Source: Macrostomum hystrix
Taxonomy: Eukaryota > Animalia > Platyhelminthes
Direction: 5' to 3'
Assembly (NCBI GenBank): GCA_950097015.1
Contig: CATNEN010000024.1
Location: forward strand, 4,526,001-4,590,000
DNA length: 64,000 bases
Made by a program: the position numbers and the translations under genes
The notes under the pieces: model-generated
Told to the model about the DNA's origin: nothing
Databases searched by the model: none
The model's input: only the letters and a program-made list of their open reading frames with translations
Shown: positions 59,935-64,000 of the stretch, in pieces
Layout of the letters: every line of letters begins with the position of its first letter
Position numbering within the stretch: the first letter of the stretch is position 1

Positions 59935-62075
59935 CTACAATAGAATTGCCATGGAACAGGGCACTCCTACAATAGAATTACCGTAGAACAGGGCACTCCT
60001 ACAATAGAATTACCATAGAACAGGGTACTCCTACAATAGAATTACCATAGAACAGGGCACTCCTACAATAGAATTACCATAGAACAGGGCACTCCTACAA
60101 TAGAGTTACCATAGAACATGGCACTCCTGCAATAGAATTACCATAGAGCAGGGCACTCCTACAATAGAGTTACCATAGAACAGGGCACTCCTACAATAGA
60201 ATTACCATAGAACAGGGCACTCCTACAATAGAATTACCGTAGAACAGGGCACTCCTACAATAGAGTTACCATAGAACAGGGCACTCCTACAATAGAATTA
60301 CCATAGAACAGGGCACTCCTACAATAGAATTACCGTAGAACAGGGCACTCCTACAATAGAGTTACCATAGAACAGGGCACTCCTACAATAGAACTACCAT
60401 AGAACAGGGCACTCCTACAATAGAACTACCATAGAACAGGGCACTCCTACAATAGAACTACCATAGAACACGGCACTCCTGCAATAGAATTACCATAGAG
60501 CAGGGCACTCCTACAATAGAATAACCATAGAGCAGGGCACTCCTACAATAGAGTTACCATAGAACAGGGCACTCCTACAATAGAATTACCATAGAACAGG
60601 GCACTCCTACAATAGAACTACCATAGAACACGGCACTCCTGCAATAGAATTACCATAGAGCAGGGCACTCCTACAATAGAGTTACCATAGAACAGGGCAC
60701 TCCTACAATAGAATTACCGTAGAACAGGGCACTCCTACAATAGAGTTACCATAGAACAGGGCACTCCTACAATAGAACTACCATAGAACAGGGCACTCCT
60801 ACAATAGAACTACCATAGAACACGGCACTCCTGCAATAGAATTACCATAGAACAGGGCACTCCTACAATAGAGTTACCATAGAGCAGGGCACTCCTACAA
60901 TAGAATTACCATAGAGCAGGGCACTCCTACAATAGAGTTACCATAGAACAGGGCACTCCTACAATAGAATTACCATAGAACAGGGCACTCCTACAATAGA
61001 ATTACCGTAGAACAGGGCACTCCTACAATAGAATTACCATAGAACAGGGCACTCCTGCAATAGAATTACCATAGAGCAGGGCACTCCTACAATAGAATTA
61101 CCATAGAACAGGGCACTCCTACAATAGAATTACCGTAGAACAGGGCACTCCTACAATAGAATTACCATAGAACAGGGCACTCCTGCAATAGAATTACCAT
61201 AGAGCAGGGCACTCCTACAATAGAGTTACCATAGAACAGGGCACTCCTACAATAGAATTACCATAGAACAGGGCACTCCTGCAATAGAGTTACCATAGAA
61301 CAGGGCACTCCTGCAATAGAATTACCATAGAACAGGGCACTCCTACAATAGAGTTACCATAGAACAGGGCACTCCTGCAATAGAATTACCATAGAGCAGG
61401 GCACTCCTACAATAGAGTTACCATAGAACAGGGCACTCCTGCAATAGAATTACCATAGAAAAGGGCACTCGTAAAATAGAGTTACCATAGAAAAGGGCAC
61501 TCCTACAATAGAGTTACCATAGAAAAGGGCACTCGTAAAATAGAGTTACCATAGAAAAGGGCACTCCTGCAATAGAGTTACCATAGAACAGGGCACTCCT
61601 GCAATAGAATTACCATAGAGCAGGGCACTCCTACAATAGAGTTACCATAGAACAGGGCACTCCTGCAATAGAATTACCATAGAAAAGGGCACTCGTAAAA
61701 TAGAGTTACCATAGAAAAGGGCACTCGTAAAATAGAGTTACCATAGAAAAGGGCACTCGTAAAATAGAGTTACCATAGAAAAGGGCACTCCTACAATAGA
61801 GTTACCATAGAAAAGGGCACTCGTAAAATAGAGTTACCATAGAAAAGGGCACTCGTAAAATAGAGTTACCATAGAAAAGGGCACTCCTACAATAGAGTTA
61901 CCATAGAAAAGGGCACCCCTACAATAGAGTTACCATAGAAAAGGGCACTCGTAAAATAGAGTTACCATAGAAAAGGGCACTCGTAAAATAGAGTTACCAT
62001 AGAAAAGGGCACTCCTACAATAGAGTTACCATAGAAAAGGGCACCCCTACAATAGAGTTACCATAGAAAAGGGCA
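59935..62075. repeat. 32-bp minisatellite (GGGCACTCCTACAATAGAATTACCATAGAACA)n, 2.1 kb
   Basis: About 66 units; variants change progressively from left to right. Confidence 0.97.
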
Positions 62076-62515
62076 CTCCTCCCTATGAGAGGGCACATTG
62101 TTGGCGTATATCCATTCAGTCATAAATTTTCCTGTGACAATCGAGTGAGAGGCAGATTTCCACGCTCTGCCAGTTGCACCTTCTCCCTGCAAGTTTGCCA
62201 GGAGGAAATTCCCACGCTTCTACTCCCACATCCCAGGACATATTATCCCGATTCAAATTCGCCTGAGCCACAAGGTCCTACTTAGTATTTATGACATCTG
62301 TTACACATCTAGCCGTAGCTTCAGCACCGCAGCAGCAGCAGCAGCAGCAGCAGCAACGGCATCTCATTTTTCATGCAGACCTAAGCCAAGCTAACCGAAT
62401 CTTTCGTGCATATTGCCAGCTCCATCGGTGTCCATGTGAAGAGCTGAACAGTTGAAAAATAACGAGTTACTCTTTAATATGGTGACTAAGTGTTGTAAAG
62501 CCTAGGTTTAACTAA

Positions 62516-62778
62516 CTAAAATACAAGAGGGTATGGGAGCAGGATCAACTGCAGTAGACCGATCATTCGTTCGTTCGAGAAAATTGCTAATTTATCCCCG
62601 CTTTTGCGAACTCCTGGATATGCTGCTGACTCAGGCGAAATAGGAATCTTGCCTGCGTTACGGAGGACTGATCGAAAATCTGGGATGCAGACGGCTTTGG
62701 AGGGGATTGGACAAAACCACACACCAACATGATCTGCGGCATTCCTACTGAAGATGTCGGGCAGAAGAGAACTGTTAT
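62516..62778 (-). CDS. probable terminal exon of a gene extending beyond the window; hydrophobic C-terminus (possible GPI signal)
   Basis: Acceptor TTTTTACAG|AT at 62778 (phase 1); open frame DNSSLLPDIF...VWFCPIPSKAVCIPDF...RKSGDKLAIFSNERMIGLLQLILLPYPLVF*; upstream intron filled with a minisatellite. Family not recognised. Confidence 0.45.
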
Positions 62779-62824
62779 CTGTAAAAATTTACTCGTTGAC
62801 TCGTTCAATATTCTAATTAGCCAC

Positions 62825-63520
62825 AAATCAACCAGGGAGTGACATTCTAATGATCCATCATCAATTAACCAGGGAGTGACATTCTAATGATCCATCATCA
62901 ATCAACCAGGGAGTGACATTCTAATGATCCATCATCAATCAACCAGGGAGTGACATTCTAATGATCCATCATCAATCAACCAGGGAGTGACATTCTAATG
63001 ATCCATCATCAATCAACCAGGGAGTGACATTCTAATGATCCATCATCAATCAACCAGGGAGTGACATTCTAATGATCCATCATCAATCAACCAGGGAGTG
63101 ACATTCTAATGATCCATCATCAATCAACCAGGGAGTGACATTCTAATGATCCATCATCAATCAACCAGGGAGTGACATTCTAATGATCCATCATCAATCA
63201 ACCAGGGAGTGACATTCTAATGATCCATCATCAATCAACCAGGGAGTGACATTCTAATGATCCATCATCAATCAACCAGGTAGTGACATTCTAATGATCC
63301 ATCATCAATCAACCAGGTAGTGACATTCTAATGATCCATCATCAATCAACCAGGGAGTGACATTCTAATGATCCATCTATCAACCAGGGAGTGAGATTCT
63401 AATGATCCATCAATCAACCAGGGAGTGACATTCTAATGATCCATCAATCAAACAGGAAGTGACATTCTCGAGAATGAAAGTATGACTAACAATCAACCTG
63501 GGAGTGACATTCTTGAGAGT
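62825..63520. repeat. 37-bp minisatellite (CAACCAGGGAGTGACATTCTAATGATCCATCATCAAT)n
   Basis: Tandem periodicity with no unique spacers. Confidence 0.96.
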
Positions 63521-64000
63521 GAGTGAAATTGTGATTTATCAAGTAACCAGGGAGCGACATTCTTTGGTGTGAAAATAAACATTGAACGGCCAGTTGTTCT
63601 GATGCAACTCAGAAATCTTTCTTTGCTAGGCAAAATTATTCTGAAACTTTTTCGTTAAAGAAACAAGGTTATTATATGATTTATTATTATCAAAAGCAAT
63701 AACAAGACAAAAACAAAACAATGAGGTGAATGTGTCGAAGAAGTGCTTTTTAGTTTCTATTATAAAAAAACAAAAAACAAAATACGTTTTTCCAAATTTC
63801 AGTATACGCTCATTATTTTAACAAGACGGTAGAGCATCATAGAGAATAATTACTATTGTAAAACAATTTTTCTAATTTTTTTCAAGTAAAGTAGATGATT
63901 ATATTCATTGGTAACGTATTCTAACTGTAATTATACTGGGCATGTATGGTATACTAATTTGAAACTAGTTTATTTTCTTAATTTCAAACAGTAGCTCTAA

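Noticed and set aside
59935-63520. 31-37-bp repeats resembling CRISPR arrays (also 11040-14822 and 42645-43560)
   Set aside because: Units are head-to-tail with no unique spacers, no cas genes are present, and the context is eukaryotic.

Overview
Metazoan genomic DNA with GC-rich exons and spliceosomal introns. It is most likely the free-living flatworm Macrostomum lignano or a relative; this is inferred from minisatellite-filled introns and a match to the spliced-leader (SL) sequence as I recall it. About 35-40% of the window is ~30 different tandem-repeat arrays, which generate most of the long ORFs in the supplied track as artefacts. Genes rebuilt by hand from splice sites and phases: three tandem + strand Shisa-like/CX single-pass membrane genes (1.8-17 kb); on the - strand, a USPL1 homologue that appears to have lost all three catalytic residues (18.7-22.7 kb), HOIL-1L/RBCK1 with an in-frame 407-codon proline-rich optional exon and a GC-AG intron (26.3-35.5 kb), an SLC10/P3-type bile acid:Na+ symporter (38.8-46.3 kb), a compact six-finger hunchback (53.2-57.6 kb) and the last exon of a gene entering from the right. 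Also present: a decayed non-LTR retrotransposon and a tRNA-derived SINE family (7 copies or fragments, two with target-site duplications). Best leads: the pseudo-enzyme USPL1 with an antisense cluster of SL-like sequences in its intron 3, the HOIL-1 adaptor-like exon, and intronic minisatellites built from splice-donor or anti-donor (U1-like) motifs. All alignments were done by eye against reference sequences recalled from memory; no searches were run.
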